From the NCBI GenBank assembly GCA_028534125.1, contig CM052816.1, forward strand, positions 434,001 through 498,000: 64,000 nucleotides of DNA, given 5' to 3'. Shown here piece by piece: positions 25,861-38,165 of the stretch. Position numbers and translations under genes: made by a program. Source of the stretch: Lama glama. Lineage: Eukaryota. Numbering within the stretch: position 1 is the first letter of the stretch; each line of letters opens with the position of its first letter. Under the pieces are notes generated by a model, which saw only the letters and a program-made list of their open reading frames with translations, searched no databases and was not told where the DNA came from.

Positions 25861-27270
25861 GACCTGAAACAAACTGGTATTTCTCCAGCAAAGATGGGTT
25901 TAGTCCAGATAAGCAGCGAATTCCAGTTCTGGCCCTGCAACTTCGGAGAATCATGTGCAAGTCTTCTACAAGGCAAGGGGAAAAGAGAATGCTTTTATAG
26001 AGAGGAAAAGGAAATTGGAAGGGCTATATTTTTAAAAGTCCATGTCTTTTCATTGGTTGAGTCCTTGTCAGGAAACATTAGCAGATAGAAGACTCCCCTT
26101 TAGGATGGGGAGCCCACAAAAGGTGAGTCCTTGCCTGCCGGCTGGAAAGAATTCACAACAGGCAGAAGGACAGAGGAAACAACTACTTTATTTACTTAAG
26201 GAAATGGAAAAAAAGGATACTCCAGTGGGGAAGCTGTAAGTCAGTCCAGGTGGCTTAACTGAGAGAAGTCCTGCCCTTTGGGTCTTTCGGTTGACTCCTC
26301 TTGAGGCTTCTTGTCTTCTTCTCATTGGCTGTCCTTTCCCCATCATTCAGCTCATTCTCCGTGGTGGAGCAAGCACTTTGCAGTAACAATATTAAGCAGG
26401 TGGGACCTTCAAACAATGTGGTCCAACAAGATTAAGCAGGCAGGACTTTCTGTTCCCTTAGGATAACTTTTTCTATTACTCAAGCAAAAGTATCGCCTCA
26501 GGCAGAGCTTAAATTTAACCTTTTAAAGGATTCTCTAGACAGTGAGTCTGCGTTCCCTTCCTCCTTCAGAAAGGAGTCTTTCTTTTACCCCTTAGGTTTT
26601 GCTATCATCTCAGGGCATGAGAGGTCCCCCTTCTTGTCTCCCAGTTCTATTTAACTGGGGTTTCTGTTTGTCTTTTTCATTACTACTTTTTGATCAGAAT
26701 CTTGCCCTAAAAGCATCAGTGAATAAAAATCAGGTTTTCTAGTTTCAGTGACTTTTTGTCTCAGGAACGAACTCTCGTGGGTGTAGTGCCTCACATTGGG
26801 AAGAAAGTGTACAGATCTATTAAGGTCATATTTGAATATGAAGGAGGGGTAGGACGGAGAACTCTCAGAAACTTTTTATCTAAAGTCCCTATGTTCCCAA
26901 GATCATAGACATTGGAAATAACCTGTAGTATGTCACCACTAAAGCCTTAGTGACAAAATTCCAAAAGGCCTGATCTGGGCATCTTGGGAAGTCTTCAATT
27001 TCAATGCCATCTGCTTCATTCCAGGAAATCTTGTTTTCAGGTCACCAGATGATGTGCAGATCCAGTAGCTGTCTGGTGCTTTCTTTAGGTGTGTCATGTG
27101 AATTCAAGTCTATTCCTTGCAAGAGGAAGACTTCATAAAGCACAGAAAAAGCATGAAGTGCAGACTTGAATTTAAGAAGAGTCTAATGTTAAAAGTTAGA
27201 ACTGACTTCAGAACCAGTACATAACTGTCCCTGGACACTCTTGGCTTTTTAGATGGTCCTTCAAGGACTT
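25860..27270 (-). mobile_element. ERV remnant: LTR-like sequence plus integrase C-terminal internal sequence
   Basis: Minus-strand IHMTHLKKAPDSYWICTSSGDLK at ~27040-27105, resembling the ERV integrase W(I)H.SHLK motif. Confidence 0.55.
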
Positions 27271-27996
27271 GTCACCCATTAACTTATATACACTATGAAG
27301 TTTAACAGACTATTTTCAACCTTTCAACTTCAAATCTTTAAAATAGTTTTGTGTACACTACTTTAATTGATGAAGATTTTGAATCTTAAACTCTCCTGGG
27401 TAAAAACCCACCCTTGCATACTAACATTGAGCTATCACCAAAGCACATTGCACAGTAACTGGCTTCTTACATACAGGCTTCCTTCACACAGCCGTAAGCA
27501 CCTTGAAAACGCAGGCTGAGCCAGGACAGTAGGGGATGGAGTTTATCTGCTTGGTATGGCCAGTGCCTGGAAGTGCATGGCCTTTATGAACTTAATAAAA
27601 CCTTAGAAGCTTCCAACCAGCACCAATGGAGGATCAAACAGTCCTTCCTTACACTCTTTCCCTCAAAGCCATGCTCAGGTTATCTCTACACAACTCTACC
27701 AGGAGTACGGGTTAACCACCCTGGCTGTAGAGTTCCACAGCAACTTATGCTTCTTTTAAGAGCTGGAAAACCTGTTGACAAGTGCACCCACATTGTCCAG
27801 CTATTCTAAAAACTACCTTGCAAAGCAAGATACCCTCTCTCAAGCACTATACTAGGGATTAATCAATGATTTCCTTAAGTTAAATCCTTTTAAGGGGACG
27901 GTGTTAGCACGCAACCACATAGCTCCCTGGTTAGCTTAAGACAGAAGGAGCTAACTACAATCAAGTTGTGCACAGCACCCTTGGAGAGCAGGCAGT

Positions 27997-28012
27997 GGCT
28001 CTGAAAAGAGCC
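27997..28012 (-). terminator. Histone 3' stem-loop of the H3 gene
   Basis: CCCCAAA-GGCTCTTTTCAGAGCC-ACT on the minus strand, followed by an HDE-like AAGGGTGCTGTG. Confidence 0.95.
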
Positions 28013-28046
28013 TTTGGGGTGAGCACAGAAGCTGCGTGCACAGCGC

Positions 28047-28457
28047 TTAAGCACGCTCGCCACGGATACGCCTTGCCAACTGCATGTCTTTAGGCATGAT
28101 GGTTACACGCTTGGCGTGGATGGCACACAAATTGGTGTCTTCAAAAAGACCCACCAGATAGGCCTCACACGCTTCCTGCAGCGCCATCACAGCTGAGGTC
28201 TGAAGACGCAGATCCGCTATGAAGTCGTGGGTAATCTCCCGTACCAGCCGCTGGAAGGGCAGCTTGCGGATGAGCAGCTCCGTGGACTTCTGGTAGCGGC
28301 GGATCTCGCGCAGCGTTACAGTGCCGGGCCGAAACCGGTGAGGCCTTTTCATGCCACAGGTAGCAGGCGCGCTCTTACGAGCCACCTTAGCGTCCAACTG
28401 CTTGCGTGGTGCCTTGCCGCCTGTAGACTTGCGCGCCGTCTGCTTCGTGCGAGCCAT
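28047..28457 (-). CDS. H3-4: Histone H3, divergent variant at the H3-4 (H3t/HIST3H3) syntenic position
   Basis: Intronless 136-aa H3 ORF with the H3t-type V24, plus TATA/CCAAT promoter and 3' stem-loop. 15 differences from H3.1. Confidence 0.85.
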   Translation of the reverse strand: MARTKQTARKSTGGKAPRKQLDAKVARKSAPATCGMKRPHRFRPGTVTLREIRRYQKSTELLIRKLPFQRLVREITHDFIADLRLQTSAVMALQEACEAYLVGLFEDTNLCAIHAKRVTIMPKDMQLARRIRGERA

Positions 28458-28550
28458 GGTTCCGCCACTCCCCGAGTGTCACCGCTGTCACCTTTCCACC
28501 GCCGTCAATTTCCACCGCCGTCAATCGCTGAGGCGGCGCACTGTGCCCGC

Positions 28551-28621
28551 TTTTATAGAGGCTGCCGCCTTCCCATTGGCCAGTTGTCAGGTGGCGTGAT
28601 GGCAGGCTGAGCTCTGATTGG
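28551..28621 (-). promoter_or_regulatory. H3 promoter: TATAAAA and two CCAAT boxes
   Basis: ttttata 28551-28557; attgg at 28575 and 28617 on + strand. Confidence 0.8.
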
Positions 28622-29929
28622 TCCGTGGGGCATTCCGCTCAGCTGCCTGCCCTTTATCTTCACTTTCCTGGGCTTGGCCTCACAGTCTCGTGTCTTGGAA
28701 CTCACGGACCTGCTCGCGGTCCTCTGTGTCGGAGCCCTCTCGCTGTGGGCGTCATCATTGGTGTTGCATTGCCGTGGATGTTGTATCTCTGTGCCCAGAT
28801 CCCTTGTTTTTCCTCAGCAATCTCCTTTTCCTCCCCCATGGAGGGGGGAGGGGGAGGGGCAGAAAGTTCCAGAAGCCTGCACTCCGCATTTGGCCCGTAA
28901 GTAGTGACGTTTGAATTTTCCTCACTAATGGTTAAAGGAATTCTCTCATCCCTTGTGCCCTGGAAAGAACCTTTCCCCCCATATGACTAAGATGAGACTC
29001 GTAATGTCCCCTTGTTGACCCATGATGGACCAAGCACAGACCTTGCAAATACTCATCCTTGCCTCATGCGTGATTACCTGAACCTCTTGTCCCGACTGAT
29101 GGATCTGAACAAGTTGCTCATTTGCTCAACTTTGATTCAGTGTCTATCCTTCCCCTCGGCCCTGATCGTTGGCTCTTCCTGGGAACTGGCCAGCCTCAGG
29201 GTCAAGCCTCCCCTTGACCCACTGTCCCATTGGCCGCCCTGTTATCCCACTTCCCCACACCCAGTTCTTTCTAGTCTTTTCCACTTCCCCCTATAAGAGA
29301 GAATCCCCCTTTGCCTAACCCTGTGAGATACTTGCAGATCTTAAAGCCACAGCTGAAGGGTGGCAGAATGTGCCATCTCAAAATATGCCATTTCAGTGCA
29401 AGGGTTATTGTGAGTTAAAGGCACTTGAAAAACAGCAGATGTAAGAGCATTCTTTTTCTTCCTGAAAACAGAAGTTAAAACTCCCACATGAAAGATGCCT
29501 GCCCTATACCAGGATAAGAAACAGTCTTATCATCCAGGACAGGGAATTAAGATCAAAGCGGATTCTGCACAAATTGACCTTGCTGAAATAATTCTTATCT
29601 TCCTGTAGCTCCCCCATATATTTTATTTATTTTTTCACAATTGCCTCTCTTTGTTCCACCTAACATAAAAGCATTTAGGTTTTGCCATTTCTGTGAGTCT
29701 TCATTTATTATCAAAATATGTATACATTTGTCATGCAGTTATAAATACGCAAGTTTATCAGTGCATTAAATAGCACGTTCTACTTGGGGAAGACTTGTAA
29801 GTACTGTCATTTCAAAATGGTTATGGGTATTAAGGATTTTTAGAGATCTCTGTCATGGCTGTACTGTGATATGATTCCATGTCTTATCTATTTACTAAAC
29901 TAATTATGCTTCTCTTTAAACTTAAAAAA

Positions 29930-31450
29930 AAATGATTGCCCTAGAGTTTGAAATATAGATTTATAACCAGTGTAAGTCCACTTTCGAATCACACTATTTT
30001 GCTTCACAAGTAGTGCAAATAACTTATAAACAGGAATAACAGAGTATTACCATTTCTTCCCTCCCATGCCTTATAACATTGCTGTCATTATCATCCAATA
30101 TATTGTTGCTGTTATTATTTGAAAAGTTATCAGATCATCTAAGAATAGAGAAATAAAGGATTTTGTTTTACTTTCACTTATTCCTTCTCTAATACTCTAA
30201 TTTTCTTTATGTAGATCAGCATGTCTGACCTTCATCACTTCCCTTCTCTTTGAAGAACTCCTTTTAACATTTGCAAAGCAGGTCTACTGGTGAAATTCCA
30301 TCCATTGTTGTTTGTCTGAGAAAGTCTTTATTTCTCCTTCCCTTTTGAAGAATAGCTTTGCTGGATACAGAATTTTAGGTTGGTGGGGGTTTTTATATCA
30401 GCATTTTACATATTTCATGCCACACTTTCTTGCTTGTATGATTTCTGAGAAGTCCAATGTAACTCTTCCCCTTATTTCTCGATAGGTAAGGTGTTCCCCC
30501 TCGCCCTGGTTCTTTCAAGGTTTTTTTCATCTTTGATTTTCTGTAGTTGAATATGATGTGCCTAGGTATGGGTTTTGTTTGTTTGTTTGTTTGTTTGTTT
30601 ATCCTGCTTAGTGTTCCCTGAGCTTCCTGGATCTGTGGTTTAGTCTCCATCATTAATTTTGGAAAATTCTCAGGCATTAGTCAAAGATCTCTTCTATGCT
30701 CTCTTCTCTTCTCCTTCTGCTATTCTAATTGCATGTATGCTACACCTTTTGTAATTATCCCACGGTCCTTGAATATTCTGTTTTCTATTTTTTATTATTA
30801 TTATTCCTTTTTCATTTTGGATTTCAGTTTGGGAGGTTTCTATTAACATTTCTTCAAGTTCACTGATTCTTTCCTATACCATAGACTGATGAGCCCATCA
30901 AAGGCGGTCTTCATTTCTGTTACAGTGTTTTCAATTTCTAGCATTTCCTTTTGATTCTTAGCATTTTCATCTTTCTACATACACTGCTCATGTGTTCCTG
31001 CATACTGTCTAAATTAGTCATCAGAGCCCTTTACATCTTAATCACAGTTTTAGATTTCTGCTCTGATAGATAATTCTAACACTCGTGTTATACCTGAGTC
31101 TGGTTCTATGCTTGTTTATCAATCTGGACTGTCTTTTTTGCCTTCTGGAATGTCTGGTATTTTTAGTTGAAAGCTTGACATGATGTGCTGATTAACTATA
31201 GTTAATTGGCTTTGAATGTGAGGATTTACGTTATTCTGGATTGCAGTTTGGCTGTGTTTACTGTTTATTGTAGCTCTCAGCACCAGAACCTTCAAATTCT
31301 CCTGAGGTCTTTATTTTCACCTGTCCTGTTGTCACGGAAAACACTCTAGGTGTATTTCACAGTGGTTACCTTTCTCCTCCCTTGGCCAGAACCAGGAGGA
31401 GATCTTTCTCTGATTTTCACAAAGAAAAATTGGTGAGGTCCCTGAAAGGT
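29930..31450 (-). mobile_element. Old L1 fragment (ORF1/ORF2-start region)
   Basis: Minus-strand MPENFPKLMMETKPQIQEAQGTLSRIN...PRHII is L1 ORF1-like. Confidence 0.8.
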
Positions 31451-31462
31451 AAAACCAATGAC

Positions 31463-32200
31463 AGTGTGTGATCCTGTGATTTATTATAAAAAGTATAAAT
31501 TTGGTCTATTTTTCCTGTTTCTGGCAAAGAGCTCCTAAAACACTTCGTATTTCCCATGGTAAGAATGCTAAAGGTGTCTTTTGATATCTTAATGAAGTGA
31601 TTTTGGGAAGCCCCAAAGGATGGGGCTTCAGCCATGTGATTGCCAGGGGGACCAACCATGTGATTACAGAGTCCCACTCCCCACCTCCTCCCCGGAAGGG
31701 TTGGGGGTCGAATCAGTTGCCAGTGGCCAATGATTTAATCAAGCATGCCTAGTAATGAAGCCTCCATAAAACCCCAAAAGGACAGGCTTCCAGGAGCATC
31801 CAGGTTGGTGAACACATGGAGATTTGGGGAGGGTGATGGACCAGGAGGGTGCACGTGCCTCGCCCTATGCATGTCTTCTATCTGGCTGTTCCCGAGTTCT
31901 ATTCTTTCATAATAAACTGGTAATCTGGTAAGTAAAATGCTCCCCTGAGCTCTGTCAGCTACTTTTGCCATTCATTAAACCTGAGAAGGGGGTCATGGAA
32001 ACCTCTGATCTATAGCCAGTGAGTCAGAAGCACAGGTGACATCCGGAAATTGTGATTGGTGTCCCGAGAGAGAAGTCTTGTAGGAAAGCGCCCTTAACCT
32101 GGGGGAACTGAAGCTCTGTCTGGTAGGTAGTGTCAGAATTGATTTACTTGCTTGGTAGTAGGGAAGGATCCATGCCTTAGAATTGGAATTGGAATCCTAG
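31463..32200 (+). mobile_element. MER21-like LTR
   Basis: TGTGATTTATTATAAAAGTATAAATTTGGTC...AGAGCTCCTAAAACACTT...AATAAACTGGTAATCTGGTAAGTAAA. Confidence 0.7.
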
Positions 32201-32934
32201 TATCGGGCCTCCTAAGCCTGAGGGCCTTAGCGGCTATTTGCTCTCAAGGCAGGTAACATTTGGCCACCAGCATTCATCATAATGACCAAAGGGCTTCTTC
32301 CTGTTGTGGCTCCAGCTGCCTCTGCCCCAGGTAAACAGATCAAAGCTGTGACTTTCTGCATATTCCTGTTTCTCCTGATTTGGGGGAGGCCCCGAGACCT
32401 CAGTTCTCTGATGGGTCCAAAGAAGTCATTAACTTTCAGTTTGTTCAGCCTTTCTTGCAAGAATGGGAGGGATGACTCCAAGTTCTTTATGTGTGCAGCT
32501 GAAAGCTGAAACTTCTATAAGGAGACACAGAAATATCTGTGATTTTTCTGGGGGACAAACTCACAGATACTGTCAACATCAACCACCGCATGGCTTGGCC
32601 CTAGTTTATCAGGGAGGGAAATGCTACCCCATGGTTAGGCATTATTGAGCATATACACACAGCTTTCCCTAAAGGTCGAAGTTTGTGCGTCCCACTCCAG
32701 GCAATGACTCCATGCAACAGAGGACACTTTCTCCTCTTTGTCAACTTCCACCTTAAGGAAGACAACTGAGGCCCGACATTTGTACAAGGCTGAAGATGGT
32801 CAGGATGTATCGTGAAGCAGGGGATGGATTGGGGGTCACAGCTCCTAGCTCTGCTCATTGCAGGCCTCCGATCCTAGGAAAACTCAGAGAATACACAGAC
32901 ACCTCAGAAAATAAAGAAAAGCAGAAAGTATCTT

Positions 32935-33368
32935 ATGATGATTAATTCGTGTGTCACCTTGACTACATTACGGGGTGCCCAGACTAAACATTATTTTGGT
33001 GTGCCTGTGGAGTGTTTCTGGATGAGGTGCACTTGAATAGATGGAACTCAGTAAAGCAAATGGCCCTCCCCAAAGTGGATGGTATCCTCCAATCCCTCGA
33101 GGTTCTGAATAGAACAAAAGGTCCAAGAAGGAAGATTTCTCCCCTTTTGATTGACGGGCCAACTGGACACCCATCTTCTCCTGCCCTTGGTCCTCCTGGT
33201 TCTCAGGATTTCAGATTTGGACTGTGTTATGCCATCTGCTCTCCTGGGCCCCCAGCTTTTAGACAGCAGATCCTGGGATTTCTCAGTCTTTGTAATCACA
33301 TGAGCCAATTCTTTATAATCAATCTCTTCCTACCAGTTCTGTTTCTCTGGACAACTCTGACAAATACA
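32935..33368 (+). mobile_element. MLT2 (ERV-L) LTR
   Basis: ATGATGATTAATTCGTGTGTCACCTTGACT...GTTCTGTTTCTCTGGACAACTCTGAC.AATACA. Confidence 0.75.
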
Positions 33369-33630
33369 CACCTTTTCAGAAGGAAAGAAAAGAAAAAGAA
33401 AAAAAGCAAAAGCCTCAAACACAGGGTCTGTGGTGTTTGAGAACATGTTAGATGAAATGAAGACAGCTGTCTTAGTGGCAGTGCTAGAGGTGTTAACTGG
33501 AGACAGATTTCAAGGCTGAGTGGTGAAGGAAACTTTTTGACAAGTTGGGGGCATTCAATTGGATCCTGTAGATTACTGGCATTCAAATTTGGAGGGGGGG
33601 ATGTATGTTATTAAATCTTTTTAAAGAGAG

Positions 33631-33775
33631 ATGAATTCTTTTATGAATGACATCTCCTTTTGAGCACACTCCTGCCTGGTGTCACTTCCAGAAAGGTGCA
33701 GACAGCACACACCTGCTGCCGCCCACTGACCTGGCCAAGTACGCCATGTCTAAGGGCACCGAGGACACCAGGTCC
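33631..33775 (+). pseudogene. Degraded histone H2B fragment
   Basis: Translates across frameshifts as MNSFMNDI ... VTSRKVQTA ... HLLPPTDLAKYAMSKGTEDT, matching H2B MNSFVNDI...[31 protein letters not shown]. No stem-loop seen. Confidence 0.8.
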
Positions 33776-33917
33776 AGGCAAGCATTGGAACCAATGGCCC
33801 TCTGCTATCAAGAGAAAAACTGCGGTACCCATCAAACTTCATTCCACTTTCTAGCAGGAAACGTATCAACATAGTATGTTGATTCAGAAAACAAGTTTAA
33901 AATTGAGTTGTTTGTCT

Positions 33918-34100
33918 AGGGCAGTGGCTCTCCAATGCTAACATTCATCCAAACACCTGAAGAGCTTTGCAAAGCAGGTGGCTGGCCTCATCCTGTGCCT
34001 GATTCAGCTGGTCTGGGGTGGACCCAAGAGTTTGTGTCCCTAACAAGTTTGCAAGTGACACTGATGATGCTGACCCATACCATACTTTGGATACACTGCT
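33918..34100. mobile_element. MER5A-like hAT DNA transposon relic
   Basis: CAGTGGCTCTC...CTGATTCAG.TGGTCTGGGGTGG..CC.AGA...TAACAAG...ACTTTG..ACACTG. Confidence 0.6.
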
Positions 34101-35187
34101 AGGGTTTCCAGGTATTAAATACTTTCAAATGCTTTGAAGTATATACCATTTGCCCCCCCAAAAAACCCCAAAACTTTGAAAAATCAAAAAACTAAATCTC
34201 TTTTTCTACATTCTCCAATAATTTAGAATAAAGACCTCCTTGTCAGTCAGGTAATCACCGTCATACCTCATGCTGGGCCTCTGGGAGCTACTTGTTTTAT
34301 TAAGAAATCATGAATTGATTATTTTTTTTTACTAAATATTTACTATTTACTCATGCATCAGGCGGCATTCCATCTTGGCAGGTAGAAACTCCAAGGGGCT
34401 GTAAGAAATGGAAGTCTTTTAAAAGCAGAAGGAAGTGGGACAAGGAAATTATTCTAGCAAAGAGCTGATCATTTCGAGCAAGGTCACCTTCCTTTGGAGG
34501 AAGCGGGTGGTCTATCAGGCAGATGACCTCACTAGCGCTGACTGGGTAATTCTACATAGATTGTTCAAAGGTCACATTTTTGGGAGAGGCTGAAACTGCA
34601 TTTAGGTTAGGGAGTGAATTTTGGTTTGCTGACATGGGATTTAACACAATTGGGGCCTGCTATTTCTTTTTTTAACAGTAATGATCATGAACTTGTTTCA
34701 TCTATCAACATCATGAGTCATATTTATAGATCTCCCCATGTTGAAAAGTCTCTGCTTTCCTGTGAGTAACCCAGCTTCATTGTGGTGACAAGAGTTCCAG
34801 GCAGAGGCGCCATCTGAAGGGCCTCTGGAAGTATCTGTGTTCTGATTGGTTGGCATCCCTAACTGTTTTATCCAATTAGAAAGCTGAACTGCTGATACTT
34901 ATTTAAATGTTCTCTTTAATCTAATCAGATGTTCAATGTACCGTCCACCTTTTCAAGGACCTGTGTTGCCTCCACTGGAAGTACATTTCTGCACTTAGGG
35001 AGGCTTAGCGGTGAGACGGGACTGATGTGCAGAAGAAGGAATGCACAGGACCCAGTGACTTTGTATCCCAAGATGCTCAGATCTCTTCCAGTTTCACCAG
35101 CTGCAAAGGGGCTCTTATTTCTAAAGCAAATTCCAAGAGCCTCTCTATTAACCCAAACTCTCCTACCTTTCTTTAAAACAGACTTCA

Positions 35188-35960
35188 TATTAGTTTTCTG
35201 TTGCTGCCGTAACAAATTACCTCCAATGTAGTGACTTAAAATCCATTTATTGCGAGCTTGTTTGGAGATTCTAGCAGGGGAGCGCAGCTACTCGTATACC
35301 CTTGACCGAGAACTATCAAGGATGGTCGTCCTCTTCCACCGAGCGAGCATCTTCCGGAGGGATGCACACAGAGTGGTGAGGGAGGAAGGGGACACCCGCC
35401 TAGCCAGCCAGATAAGACGAATCAACCCTGGCGATCAATGAGGTGACAGATGTCACAGCCAGCTCGCCCTCACATCTTTAAAACCCATTTATTATTCTGA
35501 GGTTCTGCAGGTTAGAAGTCAGGCATAGCTGGATCCTCTGTTGAGTCTCACCAGCTCAATTCAAGGTGTCTGCATGTTTCCCTTTGGGGGATAATTGCGC
35601 CCTCAGCCTCACTCAGAATGTTGGCAGTTCATTGTGAGTGTAGGGTGGGGTTTTTCCTCCCAGCACCCCGCTGGGGTGTCTTTTCCCCTAAAACCTGCCC
35701 GCACTCCTCCTCATGCTCTTCAGGTGATCCCTTCCACCAAGGGCAGGCCACGTCCTCTCCAACTTCCAATCTTTCTGACTTCCTTCCTATATCTTTCTTT
35801 ACTCCAGCTGGAGAAAGTTCTCTGCCTTTAAGGGCTCTTGCAATTAAACTGAAAAGCCCAGAATAATCTTTTATCTTAAGGTCTATAACTTTAATGACAG
35901 CTGCAAAGTCCCATTGGCTATGTGACAGAACTTACTGACAGGTTCTGGGGACTAGGAGGT
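35188..35960 (-). mobile_element. MLT1 LTR hosting the 7SK retrocopy
   Basis: TATTAGTTTTCTGTTGCTGCCGTAACAAATTACC..GACTTAAAA continues after the insert as CCATTTATTATTCTGAGGTTCTGCAGG. Confidence 0.7.
35252..35477 (-). pseudogene. RN7SK: 7SK snRNA retro-pseudogene, 3'-truncated
   Basis: Reverse complement reads GATGTGAGGGCGAGCTGGCTGTGACATCTGTCACC...GGTCAAGGGTATACGAGTAGCTGCGCTCCCCTGCTAGAA.CTCCAAACAAGCTC (7SK 5' ~240 nt). Flanked by 16-bp TSD TTAAAA(T/C)CCATTTATT. Confidence 0.93.
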
Positions 35961-36427
35961 GGAGATCTTGGGAAGGTGGAAGTTACAGTCTGCTACCCCA
36001 GACTTCAAATTTCCCCTTAGGACCTATTTCTTTGCCCGTTATTCAAACCACTGAGGATATGTAGTAAAAAATGAAGCTCATTCCTTTACAGGTGGTAGGG
36101 TTCACATTCTCATCAGGGACATTCATAGATGGCTTAATAAAAGAGGGTATAATAAAGCTGGAAGTTTCTTTTGAAAAAAAAAACCACATGTTGAAACTGG
36201 GGTATGCCAGAGAACCCTAATGCAGAAGCAGAGGATACTATTATTTCTCTGAGTTTTTTGAGGGTAGGGGATTTTTGCCTGTTTGCATGAATGAATATGG
36301 CCATCACTGGAGACCTGTGGGAAGCTGGAGTGAGCAGATAGTATGGTGATATATGGATACAAAATGTGTTCAACTCATCTACTCTCAGTGCAAAGAAATG
36401 AGGACAATAACAAAATTATACCCTCCT

Positions 36428-37160
36428 TTGTGGGAAAAAAGGAACCCTCCTACACTCTTGGAGAGAATGTAATTGGTGCAGCCACTCTGGAGGACAGCAT
36501 GGAGGTTCCTTAAAAAACTAAAAATAGAATTACCATGACCTAGCAATCCCACTCTTGGGCATATATCCAGAGAAAACTGTAATTCAAAAAGACATATACA
36601 CCACAATGTTCATAGCAGCACTATTTACAATAGCCAAGACATGGAAACAACCTAAATGTCCATTAACAGATGAATAGATAAAGAAGATATGATATACATA
36701 TACAATGGACTATTACTCAGCCATAAAAAGAATGAAATAATGCCATTTGCAGCAATATGGATGAACCTAGAGATTATCATCTCAAATGAAGTAAGTACAA
36801 TAGAGAAAGACAACTATCAAATGATGTAGCTTATATGTAGAATCTTAAAAAAAAATACACATTTTATTTACCAGAAACCAGAAATAGACTCACAGACATA
36901 GAAAACAAACTGTGGTTACCAGGGGAGGGAAGGGGGGGTAATAGATTAGAAGTTTGGGATTTTATATACATTACTGTATATAAAACAGATAAACAACAAG
37001 GACTTACTGTATAACAGGGAACTAAATTCAAGTAAGGAGCTATAATGGAAAAGCAACTGAAAAAGAAATATATATATATATAACTGAATCATTTTGCTAT
37101 ACACCTGAAACTAACATTGTAAATTGAGTATATATCAATAAAATTAAGAATTAAAAAAAC
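36428..37160 (+). mobile_element. L1 3' end
   Basis: GGAACCCTCCTACACT...ATGTTCATAGCAGCACTATTTACAATAGCCAAGACATGG...AATAAAA; homologous to 21330-22020. Confidence 0.9.
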
Positions 37161-37729
37161 CCCCAAAATTACATCCTCCTAGAATGTATGCTACACATAT
37201 AAATAAACCATAACTTTGGTTATGACCATCTGATCAGGGTCAGGCCAAAAAAGTGACCTCAAAGTCTTTGTGGGTGAGAATCAAGGAGAACCAAAATAAT
37301 GTATTAAATAACTGAGTTCTTTTCTTTTCTTAAAAAGAGAGAAATCTGAAACATATACAAAGATAGACAAAATAGTAAAACGAACTGAACTTCAGCAATC
37401 AGCCTCAGACCAATTTTGACTCATTTATATCTCTACCCTTCTCTCACTCATATTATTTTGAAAAAAAAAAACAACTGAAGTGTTGTATTATTTCACGTGT
37501 AAATATTTCCCTCAGTTCTTAGACCATCCCAGTGGACTGAAAGAATTTGGTTTAATATTTCAGGGATATAATCAATCACACTCATCAACAAATGACAACA
37601 AATGTCTTCCAGGTGTTTGTCACCAACAAAACTTCTCAAGAGTACCCTGCCCAGGGCTTATAAGCAATATAGTAAAGCAATTTTATGAAACTGTTAGCTG
37701 GAGCAGAGTGTTTATCCAGAGTCTTGGGA

Positions 37730-38165
37730 TATTAATTTACTAGGGCCAGCAAAACAAAGTACGACAGATTGGGTGGCTTAAACAATAAAAATTTATAGCC
37801 CCACAGCTCTGGAGACCAGAAGCTTGAGATCAAGGTGTGGGCAGGCCTGGTTTCTCCTGAGCCTTCTCTCCTTGGCATACAGACTCCATCTCCTCCCTGT
37901 GTCCTCCCGTGGCCGCCTCTCTGTAGGGGTCTGTGTCCTAATTTCCCCTTTTGCATAAGGACACCAGTCATACTGGACTAGCCCACCTTGATGACCTCAG
38001 ACTTCCTTGATCCTGAACCTGCAACACCGACTCTTCCCTGGTCTCCAGCCTTCCCTGCAGATTTCAGACTTGCCAGCCTCACAGTCGTGTGAGTCAATTC
38101 CTTCTAATAAATCTCTCTTTATATATGTCATTGGTTCTGTTTCTCTGGAGAATCCTGACTGATCA
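37730..38165. mobile_element. MLT1 (minus) and MLT2 (plus) LTR fragments
   Basis: GGGTGGCTTAAACAATAAAAATTTAT...AAGGACACCAGTCAT, then ATTGGTTCTGTTTCTCTGGAGAATCCTGACT. Confidence 0.65.

Noticed and set aside
35252..35477. Functional 7SK gene
   Set aside because: Lacks the 3' ~90 nt and terminator, has TSDs, and its upstream flank is MLT1 rather than an snRNA promoter.
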